A DNA stretch of 62,152 nt, counting the filler, from Ionaspis alba (lineage: Eukaryota): assembly GCA_964255285.1 (NCBI GenBank). It is 6 parts of 6 records of this genome, joined end to end, with 100 filler letters (N's around TTAATTAATTAA, not from the genome) between each part and the next. Parts side by side here need not be neighbours in the genome. Positions count along the whole stretch, not along the records: positions 41,569 to 51,815 come from CAXUUL010000615.1; positions 51,916 to 62,152 come from CAXUUL010000616.1; 4 more parts are not named here. One strand, given 5' to 3'. This document shows positions 50,111 through 62,152 of this stretch, piece after piece. Both the position numbers and the translations under genes were made by a program. A model generated the notes under the pieces. The model searched no databases, was not told the DNA's origin, and saw only the letters and a list, made by a program, of their open reading frames with translations. How positions within the stretch are numbered: the first letter of the stretch is position 1; each line of letters starts with the position of its first letter.

Positions 50111-51742
50111 TCAATCCTTTCTCCCTTTCTCCTTCCCCACCAAACTTCTAGCTGTCCCACACAACCACACATTCGGCCCAACATCGCTATCCTCTCCCTC
50201 TGTTTCTATGATCCCTTCTATCGCTCTTGCAACGGTCCGATTTGAGCTCACAGTCGTCCAGCCATTCACCCAGCCATAGAAAAAGACGCTCTTATTGATA
50301 TCAGTCAACTCAGCCTCAACCCTCTTCGCCACAGGCGGCAAAGTGGAAAGGTTGTACTCCCCCTTCTCGACTCTAATCGGCAGCCTCCAATCAGATGGGA
50401 TCACGTAGTCACTCATTCTCGCAAAGCCCGCCCTTAGCTCCTCAGGCGTCCTTCCCTTCCCAAACTCGCCTTCTCCGAGCATTAGTTCGGCCCGTCTCTT
50501 CTCGGTAGGCGTCCCGATCTGCTCTACGATCTCTCGCATTCTCTGGGCCGCAATCTCCGTGCAGACAAGATCCCGGTCTGCCATTGCGGGCCATAGGCTT
50601 GTTGGGAGAAGCTGTTCCTTGGATTCGATGCAGATTTGGCGACGGATGGCACGGTGGAATGTTGGTGATGGCTCGAGGGGACTGTGTGAAAGATCGGAGA
50701 CAAGAGCTAGGAGAATGGTGCAGTCGATGTTGAGGATTGGTGTGAGGTGTGCGAAGGGATCAATCAAAAGGCGGGAGAAGATTTCGTCCAGGGTCTCATA
50801 GGGGAGTTTGGTCGTCATACCATCGTCTGCATGATGTTGAGTAGATGTACCGTTCCTCAGAGGAGCGCCGAGCGAAGGGCTCATATTAGCACACTGCACT
50901 GTTGCGCCTGTTGCCCTGATTTCCGTAAGGATTTCATCGATTGCTTCTGTCCTGCCCTCCACGACCTTCGGCAATATGAATCGTATCCTAGGATGCTTAT
51001 ACCGTACCCGAACCTTGTTCGCTGCTCTTCTCAAATCGTCGGCCATCCTCAAAAGCTCCACACGATCGTCATCTTCATCACTAGAATCAACTTCTCCCCC
51101 CCCTCTCCCTAACCTATCCGATTCATGTGCTCCATTGGCATTCACTTTCCCTCCATCCTCATCTTCTCCCTCCGTGTCAGAGGCCGAGCCTCGTCCCTCC
51201 CAGCCTGCCTTAGCTTTCTCAAAGAGTAGTCTAGACTCTGTGATAGTAGAAATCTTTATCCACTCCTCTCCGTCCTGAGCCACAATATCCACCAGCGCAC
51301 ATCGTTTCCGAGGTCGTGCATTCTGCGCAGCTCTTGCTCGTGGCAGGTCCCAATAAAAGCGTTTGCTAAATAAAACCAAGCCCCTACATGACTTCGCAGC
51401 CGTCCAGACGGCTCTATAGAAGGGCAGGTTGGAGGAACGTAGAGTATGGATTGTGCGTTCGGCGTTGGGGTCTGCTTTTGCGAGCTTTGGAATATATCAG
51501 TACGATTACCTGCTTAAAAGCACAAGAGGGAGCTTACATACTCTCTCTAACGACCTTAGCTCCGATGTGACGGAGTTGCGAAACTGGCGCAGCTCGACCG
51601 TATGTTCCTTCTTGCGCTCAACCAGAAAGGCTTGAAATTGCTCAAGCTCTTTCAGCAGATCGTGACACTGTGCCAACAAACCGTCGACACTGACCGCAGG
51701 CGACGGTGCGTGACCCTGGTTCAGGTCAGTTTTATTTAGCAT
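50111..51742 (-). CDS. DUF1308 / C7orf25 (UPF0415)-like protein; intron 51485-51541
   Basis: LRSSNLPFYRAVW, VDIVAQDGEEWIKIST, LNIDCTILLALVSDLSH, REIVEQIGTPTEKRRA, TTVSSNR, ARSLVGKEK. Confidence 0.8.
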
Positions 51743-51815
51743 CGCGAATGCAGATAATCAACAAAGTTTCTAGAGCGAACGAGAAAGTGGTGATATAGGG
51801 CTTTGGATTTAGCGA

Positions 51816-51915
51816 NNNNNNNNNNNNNNNNNNNNNNNNNNNNNNNNNNNNNNNNNNNNTTAATTAATTAANNNNNNNNNNNNNNNNNNNNNNNNNNNNN
51901 NNNNNNNNNNNNNNN
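51816..51915. other. Artificial contig spacer
   Basis: 44N-TTAATTAATTAA-44N. Confidence 0.98.
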
Positions 51916-52687
51916 GGGCTGGATGGCTGGGGTGGGGTCTTTGAGGATTGTGGGCGGATGGCGGGAGAAGAGGCCTGGATTGCGTGTGGATTGCGTGCTG
52001 GGGTGAGAGATATGGTGTTATCGGGGTTTTTGGTACGACGTCGTTTGTTTGGTGCATAGTGGTTTAGGGTATGGTGTTATTGCGTGGTACAATGTCGTTT
52101 GTTTGGTGCGATCTAGGGTAAGGGTAGGGAGCATGAAACAAGGGTTACTCGCTGATACGAGCTCGAGGAGATATGAGAAGATTAGAGGATCTGGGCAGGG
52201 AGAAAGAAGCGATGAATGGTTGTCTCAAAGATCTGACATGTGATATAGATGTAGCTGGCCATTTGCGGGCTTCCCGCCCATTCTCGCGCATACAAGTCTG
52301 CGCGATGGACATTTGCTCTCTGAAGGGTTGTCAAAAAAGTCTATTTTGCGGTGGAGAATGGTGTGGGAGGAGTGATTCATGATGAAGCCAAACTCGTCAA
52401 CAATGCACTCGATGTAGGCTCACCATCACTTATTTGGTGGCCAGCTGCATGAATGAGCAATCGGTCTCGTATGGATGGCGATACCTTCGCCTAGAGCTAG
52501 TGCCAAAGTAATAGAATTATTGCTCTGACCTTCCATCATATCCAGCTCTGTAGCGGATGGCTCAAAGGGTATCTAGCGCCATTATCATCCTATGAGGCAA
52601 ATACCGTAATCCCTGCTACCATCTATAGCAAGGTAGAAGTCGCTTTCAACCACCACAAGTCGTTCCGTGACAAAAGAATCCGCCGTT

Positions 52688-55057
52688 CTAAGACGAGACA
52701 GGACCAACTTGACGTTCGGTGATATGAGTATCAAGATCGGCATACCGTAGGATCATTTCACGCTGGTATGGTGTTAGCACAACATATCTTAGTCACAGCT
52801 CCTGGAAGGAAGTGACGAACACTCTCCCTTTGCCACCCCTTTTCATTAAAAACAATGTATCTCCCACGCTCTGCATCAGCACTGATAGGTTGTGGAGCTT
52901 CGAATCCAGAATCCTTGGTCAACCAGACCTTCAGCTCCTTGTGGAAACGCCAATTACGGCTCGTCCTAGATTTCGTGAGTGCATGGTCTCGAGGTTGAAG
53001 CAAAACCACATACAGTTCTATCGCACAGACTTCCTGCATGACGTCTCTTGGCATCGAATAGAACATGTAGAACAACGTCTCGTCTGAGAAGCTAGGCATC
53101 TTCTCTTCCAGTTTATGCACATTGTCAACAGTGTAACATTGCGGGAGAGTAAAGTCGGGCTGCATTGGTCTGGTGGGGAATGATGCGAAAGGTCCACCGA
53201 AATTGGGATAAAGTGGTCTAAACAAGTTAGTTAATGGATCTCTTGTAGCTTCGGTGAGTTGCTACGAACTCAGAAGAGTTGAGGTCAAGTCCAAGCGAAG
53301 TCAGATCATGGCCTATGGCAAGACTCGACACATCAACATTCTCATTCCTAATCATCTCAAGAAGACCAGCAAGACCGTAACGATCAAGCTCGCTCATTTG
53401 CGAAAGAGGGGTTTTAGTCCGCTGCTGAGCACCGCCGGGACTGTCCGCCAGGTCGCCACTGAAACCGCTCTGATATTGTTGGGGACGAGAGGATTGGGTT
53501 TGATTCTGTAACGAAGCTTGCAAGCGTTGTTGCTCCGCAAATGAGTTAGGTTTCATGGTCATCTGAGAATCTTGTAAACTGGAGAATAAGGAGTTTTCAA
53601 TGTTGCCGTTCTGGTGTACGCTCGTCAGATTTCAATTTAGCAATACGATCCTCGATTGGGATCAACAAAGAGTAATACCGTCTTGGACTGATCTCCTGTC
53701 CCGTTCTGACCTTGCCGTAAGGCTTCCCCAGGTGTTCGCGACGTTGGGGCCCCTGGTCAAAGTCATTAGCTTTGTGGAGCTCCAAAACTTTCTCTTCCAC
53801 ATAGCACCACATACCAGACGCAAACGCCGAGGTGTTCGGGAATACTCCTGTGACCGCGCTCTGCATGACATTGCCGCGTCGATCTTGCCCAATCTCCCCG
53901 TGCCCATTTCGACCAAGGGGGGGAAAGTCGTCGATACTGCTTTGTTGAGGTTGGGTGGAGCCAGAAAGCTGGCCCATTCCACTCTGCCCACCATGACGGT
54001 AGTCGTCGACCGCGTTGCCAAGCTGGGAAGAGGGAAAGAAGGCATCATCATGCGACTGCTGTGTTGAGTCTTGACCCAGAAGACCCTGTTGCTGAGATTG
54101 AATTGAGCCGATAGCTCCTCCTTGCGTCTGCTGCGGTCTTTGGACAGGTGTGTGTTGGCTTGCACGCTGATTTGCGTTTGCCCAGACGGCTTGGCTTGGG
54201 TTCTGATATTGGGATGGTAGTACACCAGAGAGAGATGGGAATTCACTGCATTCATCAGTATCAGGATAAAACTTGGAAGACGACAAGCCCTTGGTGCCTC
54301 CACTCCTCAGATCGACACGTTTGTTTTTTCAGGTCATCTTCAGTAATTACGGTTTCGGTTAACTTACGACGGGTCTAGAGGTGTCGCTGGCTGAGAGCCA
54401 CCAAGTGTTTGCGCGAAGCTAGAGCTGGTGCCTCCTGGTGCCCTGCCCTGTTGGGTAAGGAGACCTGGCGCTCCGTTCGGTATGCCAGTGCCCCAATTCG
54501 AGGTATTCCCTTAACAGCGAGAAATCAATGCGCTTGAAGTCGACAATATGGGAAGAGCAAACAGCTTACCCATTTTGCCATTCTGTAATCGTCCCGAGTT
54601 AATTGGAGCATTTCGCGCCTGTGGTGCTTGCTGGCCTGGATATCCAACGAGACTTCGAAGAGGCTGCGGACCAGTACCTTAAGCACACTCAAGTTAGTCA
54701 AATCTATAGAGCTCTGATTTGGTGGGAGAATCAGGAATAGGAGCTCCTCAGAATGCAAAGCTCTACAGAAGAGTGACAGCCCAAGGAAAACGATCTCGAG
54801 ATCATTGTCCATGCTCTCAAGAACGGCCTAGTTAGGTGCGTTGTGAGTCGTCTGATGTTCGCAAATTCCGGACATCAGACACGCTCTTTCCCAACAATCG
54901 AATGATCTCGCCCACTAGTCTTATGTCCACATCTTCATGTTATGTGCCGACTGACCAGTATTTTCTCTAGTGTCTCAACTTCAAAGCAGATATCGAGAAG
55001 CAAGCAGAGCAGGCTGGCAGAGATGAGAAAGAAACAAGATCTACCTGGTCGATTCAT
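52688..55057 (-). CDS. NOT2: CCR4-NOT subunit Not2, multi-exon; 13-nt first exon followed by a 367-nt intron (54678-55044)
   Basis: Spliced N-terminus MNRPGTGPQPLRSLVGY...SFAQTLGGSQPATPLDPSEFPSLS. NOT2/3/5 box DRYGLAGLL...LAIGHDLTSLGLDLNS...FSDETLFYMFYSMPRDVMQE...RNWRFHKELKVWLTK. Confidence 0.9.
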
Positions 55058-55889
55058 AGCTGTAGCGGCGAGTCTCGCGGTATCGCAACAGCAGTTGTCA
55101 AGAGCTTTGTTGGAGATTAGACCTCAAAGCTTCCACGGTGGATATTGGCACGTTGAGCTGTTGATTGAAGATGTGAGGTTGAATGTCAGGCGGCGCAGGG
55201 TTAAAGCCACAATGCGGGAGCGCTATAATAAGCGAGGTCGATCTTCTAGATGTGGAGAAGCCGAGGTGGCTTACAGAGAGTCTGTGGTGTGCTCCCAATT
55301 GTTTCAGACCATCTAGGAGTCTACAATGGAGACGTCGGGTCAACCTTCACTGACATATTCTCCTATTTGCGAACAAAGTCTTCCTCACAGTAAGAGTCAA
55401 AGGTCAATGTGGCCAATCTCTAAGGTCGATGTCACAGATGCAACATTTCTAGCTGAAATTCTTATCAAAAACCACCTCTATATTGATCCTGCTCATCATC
55501 GCCTAGACAAGTGCGAAGAGTATGGGACGCCGGGAAGAGATGGTAAGTATGAAGTCTCACTGGTAGACTTTTTGTATTCAGAGTCCGCACCCAAATCTCC
55601 AACGGGCCTAGGTGTGTCTGGAAACGTTGAGGGAGATTGTAAGTCGAATGTATAAAGTGGCCTATCCAATAGATCTCTAAGTGAAGCAAAGTCCGGTAGA
55701 CGAATTTTGATGTTACGACACAGCGGAACAGGGAAGATTGCGTAGGGGAAGTAGCCGCCACCTGCATTGCGGCTCTTGAGTGTGGAACTTCTACTGGTAG
55801 AAGATTTCTTGGCAATCTCGGCTTCGATAGGACGCTACCTACAGTTTTCGGAAGCTCCAGATATCGCGACTAAGCTCATGTCATAAGCC

Positions 55890-56868
55890 ATGGCACATTC
55901 AATCAATCGAACTGGCTGTTTACTTACCCGCGATGTTCCTCCAACATTCCTCGCGCCATTGTTACTGCGCTCGAATGTCTTCACAACACCAACCTCCCAA
56001 TTCTCGACCTCCGTCGCGAGATGCCTTCGAACTCGCGACATGAGTCGAAATCGTGGAGTATCAGCACTCAGAAGAACAGGCTTGAGGTATCCGGTACAGA
56101 TGTCGAAAGAACCCCTACCGCAGCCAGTCCTAGACCCAGCAAAGAGGTCGAAAGTCAAGGTTGACCCAAACCACGGTCTTTGGGGCTTTTTCAGCAGGGA
56201 TAAAAAACCTTTGGTAAAGCCTGAAGTGGAAGCTGCGCACGGTATATCACTCTTGGGGAGACCAGATTGCAAGACTAATCGTCCATGGCCAGGTCGGTCG
56301 TGGTCAGTCGAAGAGCTTCGACATAAGTCCTTCGAAGATCTGCATTGTTTGTGGTGGGTATGTGTTCGGGAGCGCAACAGGATAGCAACTCAGAACTACG
56401 AGAGGGAACGGATGAAGGCTGGCTATGGCGAGCTTGAAGCTACTGAGAGGGATAGAGCGGTAGGATTTCCTTCCACAACATTTTTCCACCACTTGTTCGG
56501 CGCAGATAACAATGCGAACATCCTCTTGCTGACACTGGTGGCTCTCTCTTTAGGTCCGAACCACACAGCGAGCCATCAAGCATGCTCTTACAGAACGGTT
56601 CTACGCATGGGAGGACGCCAGGCGACTAGCAATGCAAGATCCGCAGATCAACCTGACTCCAGTAGAAGGCGAGACGGTGTACAATCCAGAAGATCTGGAG
56701 GTGAGCTATCTTTAGCGTGGTATTCTCTGGATGCAAGACTGATATGTGCAGGACGACGATATCCCTGACGACACTCAGGCCCCGATATCCGAAGGGAATC
56801 AAACTGCGAGCACAAGTGATATTGCACAGCCTCCTAATACAACTCGACCAACAGTGACGGTTGGATAG
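55890..56868 (+). CDS. MRPL4: Mitochondrial large-subunit ribosomal protein uL29m (MRPL4/MRPL47); three introns
   Basis: RGVSALRRTGLR, VDPNHGLWGFF, GRSWSVEELRHKSFEDLHCLWWVCVRERNRIAT, AIKHALTERFYAWEDAR. Confidence 0.9.
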
Positions 56869-57232
56869 ATGGTCATAATCTTGAAGGGTCGAATGAGACA
56901 TTTCAATGGTCTATGCATCAGGGAAGGAAAGCGCTCCTTGAAATATTCAAAGTCATCAATTTGTATACGATGTTTTAACATGTATAAACAAATATTATTG
57001 TAAATCATAATATCGGCTAGATTCCTGCAGTATGACTCTCACAATTGTTGCCATGACCCTCTAGCTGAAGAGTTTACTCCTCGGTGCCCCGGCGCCATGC
57101 AACCCTAATCTCCATTCCATTCCCGAGAGGCACCGATGACATCGGTCGAACAAATTAAGCAGGCCTCGATCCCATAGAACGACCCTATCAATATAGCGTC
57201 TGATACAACGACGTAGTATTGGAAACAAGACC

Positions 57233-58991
57233 ATGGACGAAATAGCTCCAGAATACGATGTGGTTGTCCTTGGTACAGGTAAAAAAATCCTCCACTTGTT
57301 CGAAGGATCACGGGAAGCTCACCCCTTTGCAGGCTTGACAGAATGTGTTTTGTCTGGGTAGGCCTTGGTACGTATACTAACACCATGGACCTCAAGCTAA
57401 GCTTTTCAAAAGCGTACTCAGTGTAAAGGGCAAGAAAGTCCTTCATATTGACCGCAACGACCATTACGGAGGGTTAGTACCTCCGTTTTGCCCTGTCAAG
57501 CTCTACTAACAGACGCCAGTGAAGCTGCTTCTATCAACATTGAATCTGTTCGTGTTTTACCAGAGCGATCGCAATCCTCACTGACCCTCCCAAGCTCTTC
57601 AGAAAGTATGGCAATTACCCTCAAGGGACGGAGCCATGGAAAAAGTATGGACGACTGAACGATTGGAACATCGACCTCGTACCAAAATTACTCATGTCAA
57701 ATGGCGAACTCACGAACATCCTTGTCTCGACGGACGTCACGCGGTATCTCGAGTTCAAGCAAATTGCCGGGAGCTACGTACAACAAGGGAAGGGACCTCG
57801 GGCGACGGTGGCGAAAGTTCCTTCAGATGCTGTAGAAGCCCTAAGGTCACCTCTGATGGGGATTTTCGAGAAGCGAAGAGCCAAAAAATTCCTGGAATGG
57901 GTTGGGGCGTTCAATGAGGATGATCCGGCATCCTACGGAGGTAGGCATTGGTGTGTTTTGGGGAGATGGTTCTGTCTGACTCTGGGATTAGGTCTCAATC
58001 TGAACCAGTGCACGATGAAGGAGGTCTATGATAAGTTTGGACTGGAACCCTCTACACGCGACTTCATTGGTCATTCCATGGCTCTTTACCAAACCGACGA
58101 ATACATCACCACGAGGGGCATGGCTAAAGATAGCGTGAAGCGTATCCGTCTATACGTCAATTCGATGGCCAGATATGGCAAGTCACCTTACATCTATCCT
58201 CTCTATGGTCTTGGAGAGCTTCCTCAAGGCTTTGCTCGGCTATCCGCTATTTATGGCGGCACCTACATGCTGAACACGACCATTGATGAGGTGCTCTATG
58301 ACGGACACAAGGTTTCCGGCATCAAGGCAACGATGCGGGAACGAGGAGACGAATCGGATGGCATGAAGTTCACAACGAAGACGAAGAAAATTCTTGCGGA
58401 CCCATCATACTTCCCAGGGAAAGTCCAAGTCGTCGGGCACCTCCTGAAAGCTATCTGTATTCTGACACATCCCGTTGCCAACACCGACAATAGCGACTCT
58501 GCTCAGCTCATCATCCCCCAATCGCAGGTCGGCCGCAAGAACGGTAAGTTACTCCGTCGCCGATCTTGCCAACACTTCTAATGTGCACAGATATTTACAT
58601 TGCCATCGTCTCTTCTGCCCACAATGTCTGCCCGAAAGGCTACTACATCGCCATTGTCTCCACCATCGCCGAGGGCTCTAGCAATCACCACATCGAGCTG
58701 CAAGAAGGCTTTGAGCGCTTAGGGAGAATCGAGGAGAAATTCATGGGTGCACCAATCCCCCTTTACGAACCGCTTGAGAGTGGCGTGAACGACAATATCT
58801 TTATCTCAAAGAGCTACGATGCAACGAGTCATTTTGAGACCACTACAGGTAAGTTGGATATCCGAGTGATGCCCGAACAGTGCTAATTGGTCATGATAGA
58901 CGATGTGCAGGACATTTACCGGAGAGCTGAGGGCCATGACCTCGTCGTGGAGGGCTTAAGGGAGGGAACTAATCTTGTCAGCGAGGAGTGA
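57233..58991 (+). CDS. GDI1: Rab GDP-dissociation inhibitor, multi-exon with short exons
   Basis: MDEIAPEYDVVVLGTG, KKVLHIDRNDHYGG, DWNIDLVPKLLM, YGKSPYIYPLYGLGELPQGFARLSAIYGGTYML, SYDATSHFETT. Confidence 0.96.
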
Positions 58992-59735
58992 GCATTAGAC
59001 CAGCTATGCTATATGGTTGCCGGCATTTATGCCATTTTGTTTTTCAGGTTCTGGCAGCAGCAAGATCACGAATATAAACCAAGCGTCTCTCAATGTCCAA
59101 TATGATCTCATGTGTCGTCCTGAACAGCATGACAATCAAATTTTTGTGGCTAGTCTAGATCTCAAATGCTGAAGTCATAATTTGTCACGTTTGTTAATAG
59201 CAAAAGATGAAGGAAGCCTTCAATCAGCGCCAATTCATTGGACAATCCGCCTGGAGCGTGGAACTTTCCCACTAGTAGCACTTCCCGGACCAAGTGTTTA
59301 CCTTCCCCACTGGAACCTTGTGGTACAAGTTGTCCGCGGATAGTGAATCTACTCGTCTTGAAAAGATGCGTGTTATGGAGAACCAGGGTCGGTTTCCGGG
59401 TCAGCAGAGCGGATAAGGAGGTATGACTCCACGAAATGACCATTCAGGAGGATGAAGATTGCATGCGACTTCAACATTTCGCAGCATGGGATTGGAAAAG
59501 AACAAAACGAGGTACATGAGTCAGATTTAAAGGTAGTTAATGAGGTGTGAGGCTGAAGACATATCCCCCTTCACAAGTCCTGGGTATCTGTAGGAGCAGG
59601 GCGCAAATCTGGAGCCATACATATCGGGAGAACATATTGTCAATCACGCATTGGAAGACTGATGGAGGTTATAATTCTTTCATTATGAACCCATGGTGTC
59701 CTCCAATGACAGCGCCGTTCCCATGCCCAAAGATA

Positions 59736-60090
59736 TTATGCGCCTCCCACCAATATGTTATTGACGGGTATATGTACTGCACAAGATCTATAGTCAGCAA
59801 GCGTCTATGCCACGCTCTTCACTGCTCTGCCAAAATACAATTCCAAGAAGAGACGTACTCAGTTTGACAATGTATCCGATCGCGCCCATGACCACAAAGC
59901 CCACACCCACCGCTTGGCTTATTTTTAGAAACTCCCGGCGATCAGGTTTTGTGCAGCGGTTTAGGAAGTTCTGGCCATCTCTGCCAAACATTGTTAGCTT
60001 TGCCATATGGGAAGGGCAGAACCGCTCTGGAACGTACCTGAGGAAGTCGCGAGGGGTGTCGAGGATCTCTTTCATTACAGAATCAGACAT
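59736..60090 (-). CDS. SSS1: Sec61 gamma subunit; two introns
   Basis: MSDSVMKEILDTPRDFLR|DGQNFLNRCTKPDRREFLKISQAVGVGFVVMGAIGYIVKL|IHIPVNNILVGGA*. Confidence 0.95.
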
Positions 60091-60339
60091 GGTGGTGAAT
60101 AGGGTTGAGAAAAGTCGAGAATGCGGTAATGGGAGAGAATTGAAGGGATTGAGAGGATGGTTGAGAGCTCGAGAAAGTTGCTGCCGGAGAGGAGAATGAT
60201 AATTAAATCCGCAAGCTGGTCTCTGCGCCGCGCCAGGTCTTGGCTGGCTAAAGCGCTATCACATGATTTCGAGAAATTATAATTTCAGCACGACGAGACA
60301 CATCGAATCCGTTTGATTTAAATTCCTGTTTGGCACGGT

Positions 60340-60819
60340 ATGGCCGGCATTCATACCTATCACTGCCTGTGCAGCCAGCTCCTGCTCGCAACGCCTTACG
60401 CGCTTTCTGCCTTGCCAAAACGCCAATCTCCTGCTCTAGATGGCGCACGAATCCTACCACTTGGAAAGCCGCCTACTACTCAGGATGACGAAGATATGCT
60501 TCACCCTGACGAGGCCACGGAGAGAAACCAGGATGATGAGCTAGAGAAGAATGGAAACAATGAGTCTACTGAAGTGCAATATTCTCTACTCCTCAACACA
60601 ACACTGGATCGACGCGCCGTGGTTGTGAGAAGGGAAGATGGCTTTGAGAAGCGATGGGTCAGGCGGTGCGGTCGATGCAGGACGGGAATTGGATACGTGC
60701 TGATTGGGAAGATGGAAGAGGGTGAGGGTATGGGAGTGGTCTATCTCTTAGAAGATGGCTTGGTAGCAACAGATCATTTGAAAGAAGGGGAGCAGCCGGC
60801 AAATATTCCCACAAGCTGA
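60340..60819 (+). CDS. STEEP1/CXorf56 (UPF0428)-like protein
   Basis: IHTYHCLCSQLLL...LPKR...DGARILP and VRREDGFEKRWVRRCGRCRTGIGY fit the CXorf56 pattern (YxCxC...LPxR; RRxxGxExxxRxxCxxC). Confidence 0.7.
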   Translation: MAGIHTYHCLCSQLLLATPYALSALPKRQSPALDGARILPLGKPPTTQDDEDMLHPDEATERNQDDELEKNGNNESTEVQYSLLLNTTLDRRAVVVRREDGFEKRWVRRCGRCRTGIGYVLIGKMEEGEGMGVVYLLEDGLVATDHLKEGEQPANIPTS

Positions 60820-61168
60820 GAATTGACGGCCACGGGACAACCAGTACGCGCGAACACACCCAGGGCTTAAGATTGAGCGACTGCTAAGGAAGATGTGCAA
60901 TACGAGCATCATCGAATTTCTGGCATCGGTGCATGGCGACGGCGCTCAATGGTCTTCGCGGTTGGCTTGCTATACAGAGAAACACTTCTCCTCGTGAGTA
61001 GCTTCGTGATACCACCAGAAACAAAAGTAAAGCCGAGCCTCAAAAGCCCGAACCCAGCCACCCTTTAGACTCTCTGTGGCCCTATCTGTGAAATCGAACG
61101 CCAAGCTCCAGCGGTACTGTGTAGGTATCAAATCGATCATCATCTGCAATAAAGGAATTGCAGCAGCC

Positions 61169-61888
61169 TCAATTTGCGAGAATAGTCCGAACTAGCTCTG
61201 TTGCACCGTCGTCAGCGCAATGCTACGCAGGAGAAAACACATGCGACACGTACCGGTGTAATTGATCTCCCCACTACTCGTATCCACAGCCTTCAACAGC
61301 TCATCCACTTCCTCATCACTCATCTTTTCGCCGAGATTCGTTAGGACTACGGCACTAATTCAGCTGCAAGGCGCTTGAGTAGACCATCCTAGAAATCGAA
61401 CATACTGTATCTCAATTGACCGACGCCGATGAATCCTGTCATATCTTTATCAAAGACCTGAAAACCCCGACAGTATTCTTCTGGTTCGCCAGGATCACGG
61501 AATCCACCAGGACGATTGAGGACTTTGGAGAAGGATTCGAAATCAACTGAAGGGTATGATCAGCGGCCCGTTCTCGTATATCAGGACGAGTATGCGAGAA
61601 ACATACAATCTCCACCAACACTAACTTCGAGATCTCTGATCTCCGCCAATGTGGGATTCTGTCCACAAGCTCGTAGTAAATCCCCAAGTGATTGGAGGGC
61701 AACGCGTCCATTTCCGCGCTTATCGAATAGAGCGAATGCTTCTTTATAATTAGTTGATGCCTGGAGTGAAGCATTAGCTTATGGTCACCTTGTGCGTACG
61801 AGCCTGAGCATCAGATTATGTGTGGTAAAGAGTGTTTGCAATCCGTCTCCCCACAGTAATCTTCGCGTCGAGGGACACCACTTACCAT
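61169..61888 (-). CDS. cdc4: EF-hand myosin light chain (Cdc4/Mlc1); ATG-only first exon, four introns
   Basis: ASTNYKEAFALFDKRGNGRV...LGDLLRACGQNPTLAEI, FQVFDKDMTGFIGVGQLRY, LTNLGEKMSDEEVDELLK, ELVRTILAN*. Confidence 0.93.
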
Positions 61889-62152
61889 TTTTGGAGGCTG
61901 TGATAAAGTGATAGACGATTGTTGAGGTTCCTGAGTAGCTGCAATGCAAGAGAATTGTGAGTAATGCGAATGTTCGCTGCAACTGATTGACAATGGTGAA
62001 GTTGGTTTGGGGATAGAGATTGGCGAACAGGGCTTTGAATGTTGTTCAAGAGATTTGAGGCGTTGCCCTGTGCGATGATCCGCTACAGGGGTGCTTGCCG
62101 AAGCGTACTCCAATTTCAACGTCTATCTCCTACTTCCTCTAGAAACAAACAT

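Noticed and set aside
52010..52110. Imperfect direct repeat (ATGGTGTTAT...GGTAC..GTCGTTTGTTTGGTGC, two copies)
   Set aside because: Only two copies near a contig end, with no CRISPR-like or LTR structure.
18672..55057. Two CCR4-NOT subunits (RCD1 and NOT2) in one window, suggesting a functional cluster
   Set aside because: They lie on different contigs joined by artificial spacers in size order.
55326..55655. 109-aa ATG ORF between divergent NOT2 and MRPL4
   Set aside because: No recognisable motif, lies in a bidirectional promoter region, and the length is compatible with chance.
1..62152. tRNA, rRNA, CRISPR arrays, intact transposons or secondary-metabolite cluster
   Set aside because: None recognised by eye; a tRNAscan or Rfam run would be needed to exclude small RNAs.

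Overview
Intron-containing genomic DNA from a filamentous ascomycete (Pezizomycotina-type genes, GT-AG introns with CTRAC/CTAAT branch sites). It is not one locus. Five 100-nt spacers (44 N + TTAATTAATTAA + 44 N) join six ~10.2-10.4 kb pieces sorted by decreasing length, so adjacency across spacers carries no meaning. About 25 genes can be supported. Most are housekeeping: WHI2, a G-patch protein, KIN1, RCD1/CAF40, MGE1, MSF1, a Clg1-like cyclin, NCS2, PTM1, NOT2, MRPL4, GDI1, SSS1, a STEEP1-like protein and cdc4. There are also a divergent pair of unusual secreted proteins and a few orphans. The top finding is a C2H2 zinc-finger gene (6640-9429) that looks translationally recoded. Its TGA at 8968-8970 sits in a CARYYA readthrough context (TGA CAA TCA), is followed 9 nt later by a GC-rich stem-loop, and the frame stays open for 152 more codons encoding a protein-like domain. 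The same gene has an in-frame, stop-free intron with two alternative donors, a 5'UTR intron and a single uORF. Other leads are a long, structured first intron in NOT2, an AUG-depleted ~1 kb leader with one tiny uORF before the cyclin, and a Cys-rich domain fused to a CBM5/12-like module.
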